The notes beneath the pieces are model-generated. The model saw only the letters and a list, made by a program, of their open reading frames with translations, ran no database searches and was not told where the DNA came from. DNA of 64,000 nt from assembly GCF_054482595.1 (NCBI RefSeq), contig NZ_CM137008.1; one strand, written 5' to 3'. Each line of letters begins with the position of its first letter. The first letter of the stretch is position 1. The position numbers and the translations under genes were made by a program. Of this stretch, positions 9,852 through 21,608 are shown piece by piece.

Positions 9852-12800
9852 TACATCACTCCGGTGAATACAAATCTAATAAAACGTCCAATGTTATTTC
9901 CGGAGCACTTCATCTTACATGTTTCTAAAGAATCATTAGACCAGTCTTGGCAGTTTTTAAATAGCCCTAAATTTATAGGTGTGAATATATCAGGCAATAC
10001 AGAATAACGCGGCCTTACCTCTTTAAACTTCCCTTTTAAACAGTTCTCCACACAACTATTATCGGTTTCAACGAGGTCACAACGGCCAGCAGCTTCTTTT
10101 GTATCATTACTTGCTTTACCTGGCCCCCATAGACCATCTCCTTTTGATTCTCCCCGTTGGTCTTGGCCACCACAAGTATAGTCCCCTTTACCATCTGGGA
10201 CACAAAGATATTGATGATAGAACGGATTCCCCCATATATCTGGACCGCTTCTTTCACCAGTTCCGCCCATTGAATGCAGTGGCTTAATGCATTTTAGTGT
10301 TTCTAATCCTAATGGATCTATATTTGAGATCGGATTCAACGGATACTGATAAAAATTCCATCCCCCCTTCAGCCCAATCGGATCCTGAGTGATATACCGC
10401 CCCTGCAGCGGGTCATAATAGCGGTGGCGGTTGTAATACAGGCCGGACTCCTCATCATACTGCTGCCCCGGCAGCCGGATAAGCTGCTGCAGCTGATGCG
10501 GGTTCTCTTCATTCAGCAGGTTGCCCCATTCATCATATTCTGCGCACCACGCTGTTGCCCCTTCCGTGCTGATGAGCGCCAGCGGCAGGCCGCGATGGTC
10601 GCAGTGGTACAGGTGGATTTTTCGCGCCGGCGTGTACACCGGGTCCATCTGGTTTTGCATCTGCTCCACGGTCAGGCCGCACGATGCCAGCCAGCGGCGG
10701 CTTTCCTCACTCACCCGGTCAGCCAGGATTTCACTTTCCAGCCGGTCGAGCATCTGCACCAGCACCGGCGGGAACACCACACTGCCACCGTCTTCGCCGC
10801 CGGACTGCTGAAGCGCATCCGCCAGGCTGCGGCGCTGCGTTCTGGCCAGTTCACCGGTGGCAGTTTCAACTCTGATGAGTGGTGTGAAGCTCCCCGGCTG
10901 ATAAATCGTCTGGATGCGGCTCCTGTCGTTCTGTATCGTGGTCAGCCGGTCGCCGTCCCAGCCGTACCAGGTCACTTGCGGTTTCCGTGACAGCGACATC
11001 CAGCCCGTCAGGTCCCGTTCACGTCGCCATACCCGTTTTGCCACCCTGCGGCCCAGCGGGTCGTAAAGATAGCGACTTTCGACCAGCGGCTCTGCATATT
11101 GTGTCCGCGTGTAGTGCACCAGCCGGTGCTGACTGTCGTAATGGTACCGGTGGGTGCGCTCATCATCCGTACGGATACCCCCTTCCGGGATGAGGTCGGT
11201 TTTCTCCGTCAGCCTGCCGTAACGGTCATACCGGTAAAGATAGTGCGCGTCACGGGCGATACGGTTATCCGGCCACATGCTGAGGGTGCTGTCCGGGTGC
11301 AGCTCCGGGTCGGGCAGGCGGTTGCCCGCCGGGTCCGTGGCATACGGGATGCGGATATCCAGATTCGCTGCGGTGGTGTGAACGCCGGTCAGCCTGCCGG
11401 TGGTGCTGTAGCTGTAACTCCGGGTCTGGCGCGGGCTGCTGATGCGGATGAGTTCGCCGTTGTCGTTCCAGGTGTAATCGCGGTCATACTGCAGGCTGTT
11501 CAGGTGCTGACGCTGTAACTGCCCGGCAGGGGTGTAAGCGGTGGTGAGTTCATAACGACCGAAGCTGCGCAGCGTTTCCCGGTGCAGGCGGTCGCGGGTG
11601 AAATCCACCAGCGGTGTGTCGCCGAGCTTCATGCCTGCCAGCCAGCCGCTGCCGTAGGTCAGCCATTCCACGGCGGGCAGGCTGTCCGGTATACAGCGGT
11701 TCGCCAGTCCCTGCGCGTTGTACGCATGTCTGGTCTCATGCTGCCAGAGCAGTGCTTCCGTCTGCGGGTGATGCACCGTCTGGCGCTCACCGGTCAGGCG
11801 GCCTTTCTCATCATACCTGTAATGCACCGCTACCCGGTGCCCTTCGCTGATATGGCTGATGTCTGTCAGCCAGCCACGTTCGTCATACCGCCACCGCTCT
11901 GCGGTTTCACCCTTCACGGTGCGGTGCGTGAGGCGGTCTGCTTCGTCATAGTGCCAGTGGGTGACCAGACCCTCATCCTCGCTGCGGATAAGTTTGCCGG
12001 TCAGGTCGTGGTGATAACGCTGTGTGCGGCCGTCAAAGCCGGTTTCCTGTATCAGCCGGTCAAGTACATCGTAACGGAAGGTGGTGTGGCTGCCGTTTTC
12101 ACTGGTCAGGCGGATGACCCGTCCGGCAGCATCGTATTCCATACTGCGCGTCAGCCCGCCCTGCGTGGTACGGACGGCCTTTCCCCACGCATCGTACTGT
12201 GTCCCGTTTCTGCTGCCGTCCGGGGCAATGACGGCGGTCAGGTCACCGGCGATGTTGTATTCATACCGCGTTTCATGGCCCTGCGTGTCTTTCACGGCAA
12301 TTAACTGTCCACGGCTGTCGTATGCGCGGTACTGGCTCAGCCCTTCCTCGCGGTGCACCGCCGTCATCTGCCCGAAGCGGTCATGGTCATAACGGGTCTG
12401 GTAGCCGGAACAGTCGGTGAAGCTCAGCAACTGGCCGTAACGGCTCCACGTCATGGTTTTCCGGCTGCCGGTGGCATCGTCCGTTGCGCAGGGGAGGTCA
12501 CTGTGTGGATTATCATAACGGTAGCGGGTGATATCGCCGTCAGGGGCGGTTTCCTGAATCAGACGGCCGGATTCATCATATTCCCGGCGCAATTCCAGCC
12601 CGTCAGGCCCGGTGGCTGACGTTAACTGGTTGTGGTGGTTATAGTAAAACGCCGATGCCCTGCCATCCGGCGTGGTTATGCGCGTGATGAGGCCCGTCAC
12701 CACATCCGGGCTGTACTCTGTTGTCCTGCCTGCGGCATCCGTCTGTGCCCTGAGCCTGCCCACGGCGTCAAACTGACTCTGCGTGACGCTGCCGTCCGCG

Positions 12801-14035
12801 TGTTCCTTTTTCACCACCCGCTTCAGCCCGGCTTCGCCCTGCGTGTGCAGCACTTCACGGCGGTCCAGGCTGTCGGTGATGGTGATGCGGTCTTTCTCAT
12901 ACTGATACGTGTAGCTTAAGCCTGCCGGGTTTAGCTGTTCTGTCACCCGCCCGTCGCTGTCGTAACGGTAACGGATTTCCGGCCGGCCCGTGTGACGGTG
13001 CGCCACCATCCGGCCCCGGTATTTATCATCGTAAGTAAAGCTGCGCACCTGTGTATTGCTGCGGTCATACACTGCCGCCAGTTCGCCGCGCGGCGTCCAG
13101 CCATAGCGCACCAGCGGCGCGGCAGGTAAATTCTCCGGGTATTCCGGGTCGTGCGTCAGCCACACGGCAGACAGACGGATGCCGTTGTCCCGGCCATATT
13201 CGGTGTAACCCGGCAGGGTATCAGGAAAAGCGGACGGTTCCGTCCCGCCGGAAATGGCCTGCTGCCGGGCTTCTTCTGCCTGCTGCGCCTGCGTGGTCAG
13301 TACCAGCCGGAAGTGACGCCCGGCACCATCCGTCACGCCGGTGATTTCGCCGCTGAATTCACCGGCGGCTTCGCGGTGGAACGTCTGTGTGCGCCCGAAG
13401 CGGTCCACCAGCCCGGTCAGTACCCGGTACGGCGGCAGCGGCGCAGGCAGCACCTCATCCGCTTCCGGCACCCGCTCACACCACCACCACGGCCCCTGCG
13501 GACTGTTTGTCGCCAGATAACGATGCGGACTTAAGCGGAGTTCTTCCGGCAGCGCCTGCCAGAGTGCGGCCAGCCGGTGACCTTCATCCAGTTTCGCCAC
13601 GCCGCCGCGCACCAGCCACAGTGACTCGCTGCGGCTGTAACCGTCCTCACCGGGAAACAGGTGCTCAAAATACAGGCTTCTGCCGCCGTTATCACTGAGT
13701 ATCAGTGTGTTATCGCGCAGCTGTAAGCGGATATCCGCAGGCATTTTCCAGCCGGGGCCGAGGCTCCCCACCGGCGCGGGCGTTTTTGTCCGGTAACTGC
13801 TGTAGGTGCGGGAGAGGATGAACGGCAGCGGGGCGGGCAGGGCGATGTCGGTTTCACCGGGAAGGACCTTTGCACCGAGCAGGGGATTGACCGGATGGCC
13901 GGACGTCACTCCGCCGGGGCACCCCGAACAGGCCACACCGGTTGGGGCACCGATGCGCACCCCGGCTGAACCCTGAACAATGCTACCGCCATACTGCGTC
14001 ATGTCGCCCTGACGCGCCGCCGGTTTTCCGCTCAT
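9851..14035 (-). CDS. rhsA: Rhs family polymorphic toxin (PAAR-like N-terminus, YD-repeat shell, DPLGL, variable 150-aa Cys-rich C-terminal domain)
   Basis: The ORF is 1394 aa. The N-terminus is [29 protein letters not shown] (literal PAAR). Many YD-type repeats (xYxYDxxGRL) follow, then the core end ...[40 protein letters not shown] (DPLGL at 10304-10318) and the tail at 9854-10303. It is called rhsA from its position next to yibF and yibA, as in K-12. Confidence 0.93.
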   Translation of the reverse strand: MSGKPAARQGDMTQYGGSIVQGSAGVRIGAPTGVACSGCPGGVTSGHPVNPLLGAKVLPGETDIALPAPLPFILSRTYSSYRTKTPAPVGSLGPGWKMPADIRLQLRDNTLILSDNGGRSLYFEHLFPGEDGYSRSESLWLVRGGVAKLDEGHRLAALWQALPEELRLSPHRYLATNSPQGPWWWCERVPEADEVLPAPLPPYRVLTGLVDRFGRTQTFHREAAGEFSGEITGVTDGAGRHFRLVLTTQAQQAEEARQQAISGGTEPSAFPDTLPGYTEYGRDNGIRLSAVWLTHDPEYPENLPAAPLVRYGWTPRGELAAVYDRSNTQVRSFTYDDKYRGRMVAHRHTGRPEIRYRYDSDGRVTEQLNPAGLSYTYQYEKDRITITDSLDRREVLHTQGEAGLKRVVKKEHADGSVTQSQFDAVGRLRAQTDAAGRTTEYSPDVVTGLITRITTPDGRASAFYYNHHNQLTSATGPDGLELRREYDESGRLIQETAPDGDITRYRYDNPHSDLPCATDDATGSRKTMTWSRYGQLLSFTDCSGYQTRYDHDRFGQMTAVHREEGLSQYRAYDSRGQLIAVKDTQGHETRYEYNIAGDLTAVIAPDGSRNGTQYDAWGKAVRTTQGGLTRSMEYDAAGRVIRLTSENGSHTTFRYDVLDRLIQETGFDGRTQRYHHDLTGKLIRSEDEGLVTHWHYDEADRLTHRTVKGETAERWRYDERGWLTDISHISEGHRVAVHYRYDEKGRLTGERQTVHHPQTEALLWQHETRHAYNAQGLANRCIPDSLPAVEWLTYGSGWLAGMKLGDTPLVDFTRDRLHRETLRSFGRYELTTAYTPAGQLQRQHLNSLQYDRDYTWNDNGELIRISSPRQTRSYSYSTTGRLTGVHTTAANLDIRIPYATDPAGNRLPDPELHPDSTLSMWPDNRIARDAHYLYRYDRYGRLTEKTDLIPEGGIRTDDERTHRYHYDSQHRLVHYTRTQYAEPLVESRYLYDPLGRRVAKRVWRRERDLTGWMSLSRKPQVTWYGWDGDRLTTIQNDRSRIQTIYQPGSFTPLIRVETATGELARTQRRSLADALQQSGGEDGGSVVFPPVLVQMLDRLESEILADRVSEESRRWLASCGLTVEQMQNQMDPVYTPARKIHLYHCDHRGLPLALISTEGATAWCAEYDEWGNLLNEENPHQLQQLIRLPGQQYDEESGLYYNRHRYYDPLQGRYITQDPIGLKGGWNFYQYPLNPISNIDPLGLETLKCIKPLHSMGGTGERSGPDIWGNPFYHQYLCVPDGKGDYTCGGQDQRGESKGDGLWGPGKASNDTKEAAGRCDLVETDNSCVENCLKGKFKEVRPRYSVLPDIFTPINLGLFKNCQDWSNDSLETCKMKCSGNNIGRFIRFVFTGVM
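10319..11367 (-). repeat. rhsA core 3' segment, the master copy of the three direct repeats
   Basis: See 8448-9497 and 6154-6620. All three copies are in the same (minus-strand) orientation. Confidence 0.9.
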
Positions 14036-14263
14036 CTGCTCATCCTTGTTTTATCGAGTTATTTGTCTGCTTCCAGGCAAAACCCTACAGATTTATAAGA
14101 AAGCCTTAAGTGAGATATCCATCAGATAGAAACAATTAGGAAAATATTTATATCACCATGATAAATATGTGATTTATTTGGAAGTAACAAACCATCAACA
14201 TTTTCTGCCCTTTTTCCCATCACCAGGCCATACTGATATTTTTCCTCGCACAAAGGACTCGGC

Positions 14264-14872
14264 ATGAAACTCGTCGGTAGCTACACCAGCCCGTTTGTAC
14301 GCAAACTTTCTATTCTGTTGTTAGAAAAGGGCATAACTTTCGAATTTATTAATGAACTGCCCTATAACGCGGACAACGGCGTGGCGCAATTTAACCCGTT
14401 AGGAAAAGTGCCGGTGCTGGTGACCGAAGAGGGCGAATGCTGGTTTGATTCGCCGATCATCGCTGAATATATTGAATTAATGAATGTCGCTCCGGCGATG
14501 TTACCGCGCGATCCGCTGGAGTCGTTGCGGGTGCGCAAAATTGAGGCGCTGGCGGATGGCATTATGGATGCCGGGCTGGTATCGGTGCGTGAACAGGCGC
14601 GTCCAGCGGCGCAGCAGTCTGAAGATGAATTGTTACGCCAGCGGGAGAAAATCAACCGTAGTCTGGATGTGCTGGAAGGATATCTGGTCGATGGCACACT
14701 TAAAACCGATACGGTCAATCTGGCGACTATCGCCATTGCCTGTGCCGTCGGATATCTCAATTTCCGCCGCGTTGCGCCAGGCTGGTGTGTCGACCGCCCA
14801 CACTTAGTCAAACTGGTCGAAAACCTGTTTAGCCGCGAAAGTTTTGCTCGCACCGAACCGCCAAAGGCTTGA
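14264..14872 (+). CDS. yibF: glutathione S-transferase family protein
   Basis: The 202-aa ORF opens [31 protein letters not shown] (GST N-terminal thioredoxin-like motif). Length and context match K-12 YibF. Confidence 0.9.
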
Positions 14873-14969
14873 TGCGCGATATGTCCTCCTGACCCATCTC
14901 ACGTTACAATCCGTGGTTATGTTAAACGCCCTTCTCCGTGTGAGAGGGCCTTGATCAGCCAGGTTTCCT

Positions 14970-16361
14970 ATGACAACCGAAACGCGTTCCCTCTATAGTC
15001 AACTTCCGGCTATTGATCGCTTATTGCGCGATAGCTCCTTCCTTTCTTTGCGTGATACTTATGGTCACACCCGCGTGGTGGAATTGTTGCGTCAGATGCT
15101 TGACGAAGCGCGAGAAGTGATTCGTGACAGCCAGATGCTGCCCGCGTGGTGTGAAAACTGGGCGCAAGAAGTCGATGCCCGGTTGACGAAAGAGGCGCAG
15201 AGCGCGCTGCGTCCGGTGATCAACCTGACGGGAACCGTGCTGCATACCAATCTTGGGCGAGCTTTACAGGCGGAAGCTGCGGTGGAAGCCGTTGCGCAGG
15301 CTATGCGTTCGCCAGTGACCCTCGAGTACGATTTGGACGACGCCGGACGCGGACATCGCGATCGGGCGCTGGCGCAGCTGCTGTGCCGCATTACCGGCGC
15401 GGAAGATGCCTGTATCGTTAATAACAATGCGGCGGCGGTGTTATTGATGTTGGCGGCCACTGCCAGCGGGAAAGAGGTGGTGGTTTCTCGCGGCGAACTG
15501 GTGGAGATTGGCGGCGCGTTTCGTATTCCCGATGTTATGCGTCAGGCAGGCTGCACCCTACACGAAGTAGGGACCACCAACCGCACGCACGCGAATGATT
15601 ATCGTCAGGCGGTGAATGAAAATACCGCACTGTTGATGAAAGTACATACCAGTAACTACAGCATTCAGGGGTTCACCAAAGCGATAGACGAAGCTGAACT
15701 GGTGGCGCTCGGCAAAGAGCTGGATGTTCCCGTAGTGACTGATTTAGGCAGTGGCTCGCTGGTCGATCTTAGCCAGTACGGTTTGCCGAAAGAGCCAATG
15801 CCGCAGGAGTTGATTGCGGCGGGCGTCAGTCTGGTGAGTTTCTCCGGCGACAAGTTGTTAGGCGGGCCGCAGGCAGGAATTATCGTTGGTAAAAAAGAGA
15901 TGATCGCCCGCCTGCAAAGCCACCCGCTGAAACGTGCATTACGCGCGGATAAAATGACCCTCGCGGCGTTGGAAGCCACGTTGCGTCTTTATTTACACCC
16001 TGAAGCTCTGAGTGAAAAATTACCGACCCTGCGCCTGCTTACCCGCAGCGCAGAGGTCATTCAAATCCAGGCACAACGTTTACAGGCTCCCCTTGCCGCA
16101 CATTACGGCGCGGAGTTTGCGGTACAGGTTATGCCATGTCTTTCGCAGATTGGCAGTGGTTCGCTGCCGGTTGATCGCCTGCCGAGCGCGGCATTAACGT
16201 TTACACCCCATGATGGACGCGGTAGCCACCTTGAGTCATTAGCCGCCCGCTGGCGTGAATTGCCAGTGCCGGTGATTGGTCGTATTTATGACGGACGATT
16301 GTGGCTGGATTTACGCTGCCTTGAAGATGAGCAACGGTTTTTGGAGATGTTGTTGAAATGA
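14970..16361 (+). CDS. selA: L-seryl-tRNA(Sec) selenium transferase
   Basis: The ORF is 463 aa and contains ...[18 protein letters not shown] (PLP-Lys region). It overlaps selB by ATGA at 16358-16361. Confidence 0.95.
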   Translation: MTTETRSLYSQLPAIDRLLRDSSFLSLRDTYGHTRVVELLRQMLDEAREVIRDSQMLPAWCENWAQEVDARLTKEAQSALRPVINLTGTVLHTNLGRALQAEAAVEAVAQAMRSPVTLEYDLDDAGRGHRDRALAQLLCRITGAEDACIVNNNAAAVLLMLAATASGKEVVVSRGELVEIGGAFRIPDVMRQAGCTLHEVGTTNRTHANDYRQAVNENTALLMKVHTSNYSIQGFTKAIDEAELVALGKELDVPVVTDLGSGSLVDLSQYGLPKEPMPQELIAAGVSLVSFSGDKLLGGPQAGIIVGKKEMIARLQSHPLKRALRADKMTLAALEATLRLYLHPEALSEKLPTLRLLTRSAEVIQIQAQRLQAPLAAHYGAEFAVQVMPCLSQIGSGSLPVDRLPSAALTFTPHDGRGSHLESLAARWRELPVPVIGRIYDGRLWLDLRCLEDEQRFLEMLLK

Positions 16362-18202
16362 TTATTGCGACTGCCGGACACGTTGACCACGGCAAAACAA
16401 CCTTATTGCAGGCGATTACTGGCGTAAATGCCGATCGTCTGCCGGAAGAAAAAAAGCGCGGCATGACCATCGATCTCGGCTATGCCTACTGGCCGCAGCC
16501 GGATGGTCGTGTGCCTGGTTTTATCGACGTACCCGGTCATGAAAAGTTTCTTTCCAACATGCTGGCGGGCGTTGGTGGTATCGATCACGCGCTGTTGGTG
16601 GTGGCGTGCGATGACGGCGTGATGGCACAGACCCGTGAGCATCTGGCGATTTTGCAGCTGACCGGTAACCCGATGCTGACAGTGGCGCTGACCAAAGCCG
16701 ATCGCGTGGACGAAGCGCGTGTTAATGAGGTTGAACGCCAGGTAAAGGAGGTGCTGCAGGAATACGGTTTTGCTGAGGCAAAACTGTTTATCACCGCAGC
16801 AACCGAAGGTCGGGGAATTGATGCCCTGCGCGAGCATCTGCTTCAGTTACCAGAACGTGAACACGCCAGCCAACATAGTTTCCGCCTCGCGATCGACCGC
16901 GCATTTACCGTAAAAGGTGCCGGGCTGGTCGTCACCGGTACGGCGTTAAGCGGGGAAGTGAAGGTAGGCGATTCACTATGGCTGACTGGTGTAAATAAAC
17001 CGATGCGCGTGCGTGCGCTGCATGCGCAAAACCAGCCAACAGAAACCGCTCATGCCGGGCAGCGTATCGCGCTTAACATCGCGGGGGATGCGGAAAAAGA
17101 GCAGATTAACCGTGGCGACTGGCTGCTTGCCGATGTGCCGCCAGAGCCGTTCACGCGGGTGATTGTCGAGCTTCAAACCCATACGCCGCTGACCCAGTGG
17201 CAGCCGCTGCATATTCACCACGCCGCCAGCCACGTTACGGGACGCGTTTCGCTGCTGGAAGATAACCTTGCCGAGCTGGTGTTCGACACGCCGCTGCGGC
17301 TGGCGGATAACGATCGCTTAGTGTTGCGCGATATCTCGGCCCGCAATACGCTGGCGGGGGCGCGTGTGGTGATGCTTAACCCGCCGCGTCGCGGTAAACG
17401 TAAGCCGGAATATCTGCAATGGCTGGCGTCTCTTGCACGGGCGCAGAGCGATGCCGATGCGTTATCTGTTCATCTGGAACGCGGAGCGGTTAACCTTGCG
17501 GATTTCGCCTGGGCGCGCCAGCTCAACGGCGAAGGGATGCGCGAACTGCTGCAACAGCCGGGCTATATTCAGGCTGGTTATAGCTTGTTGAATGCGCCAG
17601 TTGCCGCCCGCTGGCAGCGGAAAATTCTTGACACATTAGCGACTTATCATGAGCAACATCGCGATGAACCTGGTCCTGGGCGCGAACGTCTGCGACGTAT
17701 GGCGTTGCCAATGGAAGATGAAGCGCTGGTACTGCTGCTGATTGAAAAAATGCGCGAAAGCGGCGACATCCACAGCCATCACGGCTGGCTGCATCTGCCA
17801 GATCACAAAGCGGGCTTCAGCGAAGAGCAGCAGGCCATCTGGCATAAAGCAGAGCCGCTGTTTGGTGACGAACCGTGGTGGGTGCGTGACCTGGCAAAAG
17901 AGACGGGAACCGACGAGCAGGCAATGCGTCTGACGCTACGCCAGGCGGCCCAACAGGGGATAATTACCGCGATCGTCAAAGATCGTTATTACCGTAACGA
18001 TCGGATTGTCGAGTTTGCCAATATGATCCGCGATCTCGATCAGGAATGTGGTTCAACCTGCGCGGCGGATTTCCGCGATCGCTTAGGGGTTGGGCGAAAA
18101 CTGGCGATTCAAATCCTGGAATATTTTGACCGCATTGGCTTTACGCGGCGTCGCGGAAATGATCATTTATTGCGCGACGCATTATTATTTCCGGAAAAAT
18201 AA
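16358..18202 (+). CDS. selB: selenocysteine-specific translation elongation factor
   Basis: The ORF is 614 aa with G-domain motifs [16 protein letters not shown] and TKAD. Length matches K-12 SelB. Confidence 0.95.
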   Translation: MIIATAGHVDHGKTTLLQAITGVNADRLPEEKKRGMTIDLGYAYWPQPDGRVPGFIDVPGHEKFLSNMLAGVGGIDHALLVVACDDGVMAQTREHLAILQLTGNPMLTVALTKADRVDEARVNEVERQVKEVLQEYGFAEAKLFITAATEGRGIDALREHLLQLPEREHASQHSFRLAIDRAFTVKGAGLVVTGTALSGEVKVGDSLWLTGVNKPMRVRALHAQNQPTETAHAGQRIALNIAGDAEKEQINRGDWLLADVPPEPFTRVIVELQTHTPLTQWQPLHIHHAASHVTGRVSLLEDNLAELVFDTPLRLADNDRLVLRDISARNTLAGARVVMLNPPRRGKRKPEYLQWLASLARAQSDADALSVHLERGAVNLADFAWARQLNGEGMRELLQQPGYIQAGYSLLNAPVAARWQRKILDTLATYHEQHRDEPGPGRERLRRMALPMEDEALVLLLIEKMRESGDIHSHHGWLHLPDHKAGFSEEQQAIWHKAEPLFGDEPWWVRDLAKETGTDEQAMRLTLRQAAQQGIITAIVKDRYYRNDRIVEFANMIRDLDQECGSTCAADFRDRLGVGRKLAIQILEYFDRIGFTRRRGNDHLLRDALLFPEK

Positions 18203-18255
18203 GGAAATGATTAATTAAGTTTTAAAATAAATTAATACAAAATTCTTATGATTTT

Positions 18256-18296
18256 AAAAAAAGCACATTGTTTAATGAATACAATGTGCTTTTTAT
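18256..18296. terminator. bidirectional-looking intrinsic terminator after selB
   Basis: A perfect 10-bp stem (agcacattgt at 18262-18271, acaatgtgct at 18281-18290) has a 9-nt loop. An A-run lies upstream and TTTT downstream. Confidence 0.7.
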
Positions 18297-18391
18297 TAGA
18301 TTAATTTTGCTAAACAATAATACTGATCATATTTTCGAATGAAAATCCTCAGTAAGCTGCCCGCCCTTTTTTACACTTTCAGGAGTGTGTT

Positions 18392-19543
18392 ATGGCAGCT
18401 TCAACCTTTTTTATTCCTTCTGTGAATGTCATCGGCGCTGATTCATTGGCTGATGCAATGAATATGATGGCAGAATATGGGTTTCGCCGTACATTGATTG
18501 TCACTGACAGTATGTTAACGAAATTAGGTATGGCGGGCGATGTGCAAAAAGCACTGGAAGAACGCAATATTTTTAGCATTATTTATGATGGCACCCAACC
18601 TAACCCCACCACGGAAAACGTCGCCGCAGGTTTGAAATTACTTAAAGAAAATAATTGCGATAGCGTGATCTCCTTAGGCGGTGGTTCTCCGCACGACTGC
18701 GCAAAAGGTATTGCGCTGGTGGCAGCCAATGGCGGCGATATTCGCGATTACGAAGGCGTTGACCGCTCTGCAAAACCGCAGCTGCCGATGATCGCCATCA
18801 ATACCACGGCGGGTACGGCCTCTGAAATGACCCGTTTCTGCATCATCACTGACGAAGCGCGTCATATCAAAATGGCGATTGTTGATAAACATGTCACTCC
18901 GTTGCTTTCTGTCAATGACTCCTCTCTGATGATTGGTATGCCGAAGTCACTGACCGCCGCAACGGGTATGGATGCCTTAACGCACGCTATCGAAGCGTAT
19001 GTTTCTATTGCCGCTACGCCGATCACTGACGCTTGCGCACTGAAAGCCGTGACCATGATTGCCGAAAACCTGCCGTTAGCCGTTGAAGATGGCAGTAATG
19101 CGAAAGCGCGTGAAGCAATGGCTTATGCCCAGTTCCTCGCCGGTATGGCGTTCAATAATGCTTCTCTGGGTTATGTTCATGCGATGGCGCACCAGCTGGG
19201 CGGTTTCTACAACCTGCCACACGGTGTATGTAACGCCGTACTGCTGCCGCATGTTCAGGTATTCAACAGCAAAGTCGCCGCTGCACGTCTGCGTGACTGT
19301 GCCGCTGCAATGGGAGTGAACGTGACAGGTAAAAACGACGCGGAAGGTGCTGAAGCCTGCATTAACGCCATCCGTGAACTGGCGAAGAAAGTGGATATCC
19401 CGGCAGGCCTGCGCGACCTGAATGTGAAAGAAGAAGATTTCGCGGTTCTGGCGACTAATGCCCTGAAAGATGCCTGTGGCTTTACTAACCCGATTCAGGC
19501 AACTCACGAAGAAATTGTGGCGATTTATCGCGCCGCAATGTAA
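18392..19543 (+). CDS. yiaY: iron-containing (group III) alcohol dehydrogenase
   Basis: The ORF is 383 aa, with [11 protein letters not shown] and HxxxH-type metal-binding regions ([15 protein letters not shown]). AGGAG lies upstream of the ATG. Confidence 0.9.
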   Translation: MAASTFFIPSVNVIGADSLADAMNMMAEYGFRRTLIVTDSMLTKLGMAGDVQKALEERNIFSIIYDGTQPNPTTENVAAGLKLLKENNCDSVISLGGGSPHDCAKGIALVAANGGDIRDYEGVDRSAKPQLPMIAINTTAGTASEMTRFCIITDEARHIKMAIVDKHVTPLLSVNDSSLMIGMPKSLTAATGMDALTHAIEAYVSIAATPITDACALKAVTMIAENLPLAVEDGSNAKAREAMAYAQFLAGMAFNNASLGYVHAMAHQLGGFYNLPHGVCNAVLLPHVQVFNSKVAAARLRDCAAAMGVNVTGKNDAEGAEACINAIRELAKKVDIPAGLRDLNVKEEDFAVLATNALKDACGFTNPIQATHEEIVAIYRAAM

Positions 19544-19707
19544 TCATCATTCCAACAACGGCTGGCAAATTGTCAGCCGCTTTTTCAACTATCTCTGTAA
19601 TCCTTGCCCGTAAATTCGTGATAGCTGTCGTAAAGCTGTTACCGACTGGCGAAGATTTCGCCAGTCACGTCTACCCTTGTTATACCTCACACCGCAAGGA
19701 GACGATC

Positions 19708-21246
19708 ATGACCAACAATCCCCCTTCAGCACGTGTTCAGCCCGGCGAGTATGGTTTTCCTCTTAAGTTAAAAGCACGCTACGACAACTTTATTGGCGGC
19801 GAATGGGTAGCCCCTGCCGACGGCGAGTATTACCAGAACCTGACGCCGGTGACCGGGCAGCTGCTGTGCGAAGTGGCGTCTTCGGGCAAACGAGACATCG
19901 ATCTGGCGCTGGATGCTGCGCACAAAGTGAAAGATAAATGGGCGCACACCTCGGTGCAGGATCGTGCGGCGATTCTGTTTAAGATTGCCGATCGAATGGA
20001 ACAAAACCTCGAGCTGTTAGCGACAGCTGAAACCTGGGATAACGGCAAACCCATTCGCGAAACCAGTGCTGCGGATGTACCGCTGGCGATTGACCATTTC
20101 CGCTATTTCGCCTCGTGTATTCGGGCGCAGGAAGGTGGGATCAGTGAAGTTGATAGCGAAACCGTGGCCTATCATTTCCATGAACCGTTAGGCGTGGTGG
20201 GGCAGATTATCCCGTGGAACTTCCCGCTGCTGATGGCGAGCTGGAAAATGGCTCCCGCGCTGGCGGCGGGCAACTGTGTGGTGCTGAAACCCGCACGTCT
20301 TACCCCGCTTTCTGTACTGCTGCTAATGGAAATCGTCGGTGATTTACTGCCGCCGGGCGTGGTGAACGTGGTCAACGGTGCAGGTGGGGAAATTGGCGAA
20401 TATCTGGCGACCTCGAAACGCATCGCCAAAGTGGCGTTTACCGGCTCAACGGAAGTGGGCCAACAAATTATGCAATACGCAACGCAAAACATTATTCCGG
20501 TGACGCTGGAGCTGGGCGGTAAGTCGCCAAATATCTTCTTTGCTGATGTGATGGATGAAGAAGATGCCTTTTTCGATAAAGCGCTGGAAGGCTTTGCACT
20601 GTTTGCCTTTAACCAGGGCGAAGTTTGCACCTGTCCGAGTCGTGCCTTAGTGCAGGAGTCAATCTACGAACGCTTTATGGAACGCGCCATCCGCCGTGTC
20701 GAAAGCATTCGCAGCGGTAACCCACTCGACAGCGTGACGCAAATGGGTGCGCAGGTTTCTCACGGGCAACTGGAAACCATCCTCAACTACATTGATATCG
20801 GTAAAAAAGAGGGCGCAGACGTGCTCACCGGCGGGCGGCGCAAGCTGCTGGAAGGCGAACTGAAAGACGGCTACTACCTTGAACCGACGATTCTGTTTGG
20901 TCAGAACAATATGCGGGTGTTCCAGGAAGAGATTTTTGGCCCGGTGCTGGCGGTGACCACCTTCAAAACGATGGAAGAAGCGCTGGAGCTGGCGAACGAT
21001 ACGCAATATGGCCTGGGCGCAGGTGTCTGGAGCCGCAACGGTAATCTGGCCTATAAGATGGGGCGCGGCATTCAGGCCGGGCGCGTGTGGACCAACTGTT
21101 ATCACGCTTACCCGGCACATGCGGCGTTTGGCGGCTACAAACAATCAGGCATTGGACGCGAAACCCACAAGATGATGCTGGAGCATTACCAGCAAACCAA
21201 GTGCCTGCTGGTGAGCTACTCAGATAAACCGTTGGGGCTGTTCTGA
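19708..21246 (+). CDS. aldB: aldehyde dehydrogenase B
   Basis: [33 protein letters not shown]... gives 512 aa from the ATG at 19708, preceded by AAGGAG. The ALDH motifs ELGGKSP and EVCTCPSR are present. The 558-aa track ORF is a 5' over-extension. Confidence 0.93.
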   Translation: MTNNPPSARVQPGEYGFPLKLKARYDNFIGGEWVAPADGEYYQNLTPVTGQLLCEVASSGKRDIDLALDAAHKVKDKWAHTSVQDRAAILFKIADRMEQNLELLATAETWDNGKPIRETSAADVPLAIDHFRYFASCIRAQEGGISEVDSETVAYHFHEPLGVVGQIIPWNFPLLMASWKMAPALAAGNCVVLKPARLTPLSVLLLMEIVGDLLPPGVVNVVNGAGGEIGEYLATSKRIAKVAFTGSTEVGQQIMQYATQNIIPVTLELGGKSPNIFFADVMDEEDAFFDKALEGFALFAFNQGEVCTCPSRALVQESIYERFMERAIRRVESIRSGNPLDSVTQMGAQVSHGQLETILNYIDIGKKEGADVLTGGRRKLLEGELKDGYYLEPTILFGQNNMRVFQEEIFGPVLAVTTFKTMEEALELANDTQYGLGAGVWSRNGNLAYKMGRGIQAGRVWTNCYHAYPAHAAFGGYKQSGIGRETHKMMLEHYQQTKCLLVSYSDKPLGLF

Positions 21247-21249
21247 TGT

Positions 21250-21365
21250 AAGAAGCTGGTCGCATCGGGTATTCATTGCCTGATGCGACGCTTACGCGTC
21301 TTATCATGCCTACGGGGACCTGACCGTAGGCCGGATAAGGCGTACACGCCGCATCCGGCATAAAC
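21250..21365. repeat. REP/BIME elements downstream of aldB
   Basis: gcctgatgcgacgcttacgcgtcttatcatgcctac and gtaggccggataaggcgtacacgccgcatccggca are canonical REP palindromic units. Confidence 0.8.
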
Positions 21366-21464
21366 AAAGCGCACGTTGTTACAATTTACGTTTTAAACCT
21401 ACGTGTGCAATAACCCAGACTACGCCAACAAAAGTGCGTTTCTGGGGCGTGTTTTGCCAGGAGT

Positions 21465-21608
21465 TTAATCTCGCGTTTCGATGGTGAGCGGGCAAACCAG
21501 ACCGTAAATCACCATTGGTATTCCGAGGACAATCAGCAATAAACGGTAGATTATTGAAGGTTTAATACGCTTAATCTGCATTGTGGATGTTTTACGGTTT
21601 TTAATCAT
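21465..21608 (-). CDS. candidate 47-aa single-TM small protein (hypothetical)
   Basis: My own translation gives MIKNRKTSTMQIKRIKPSIIYRLLLIVLGIPMVIYGLVCPLTIETRD*. It has a basic N-terminus and one hydrophobic helix. It is below the ORF-track cutoff and I see no convincing Shine-Dalgarno. Confidence 0.25.
   Translation of the reverse strand: MIKNRKTSTMQIKRIKPSIIYRLLLIVLGIPMVIYGLVCPLTIETRD

Noticed and set aside
6259-11518. Recurring plus-strand ORFs within the Rhs region (6259-6768, 8469-9119, 10424-10990, the 8608/10521 and 8813/10684 pairs, and others) that look like a repeated gene family.
   Set aside because: They recur only because the underlying rhs core DNA is triplicated. They are antisense to the YD-repeat and core frame and are Pro/Arg/Ala-rich, as expected from GC-rich reverse frames.
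19570-19707. 5' extensions offered by the ORF track for aldB (19570), tag (to 57009), avtA (to 31757), xylF (to 40216), yiaF (from 50700), yhjX (from 57812), GH127 (to 27239), ghrB and xylA.
   Set aside because: Internal ATGs with good Shine-Dalgarno sequences reproduce the known K-12 protein lengths and N-termini. The extensions run into neighbouring genes or promoters.
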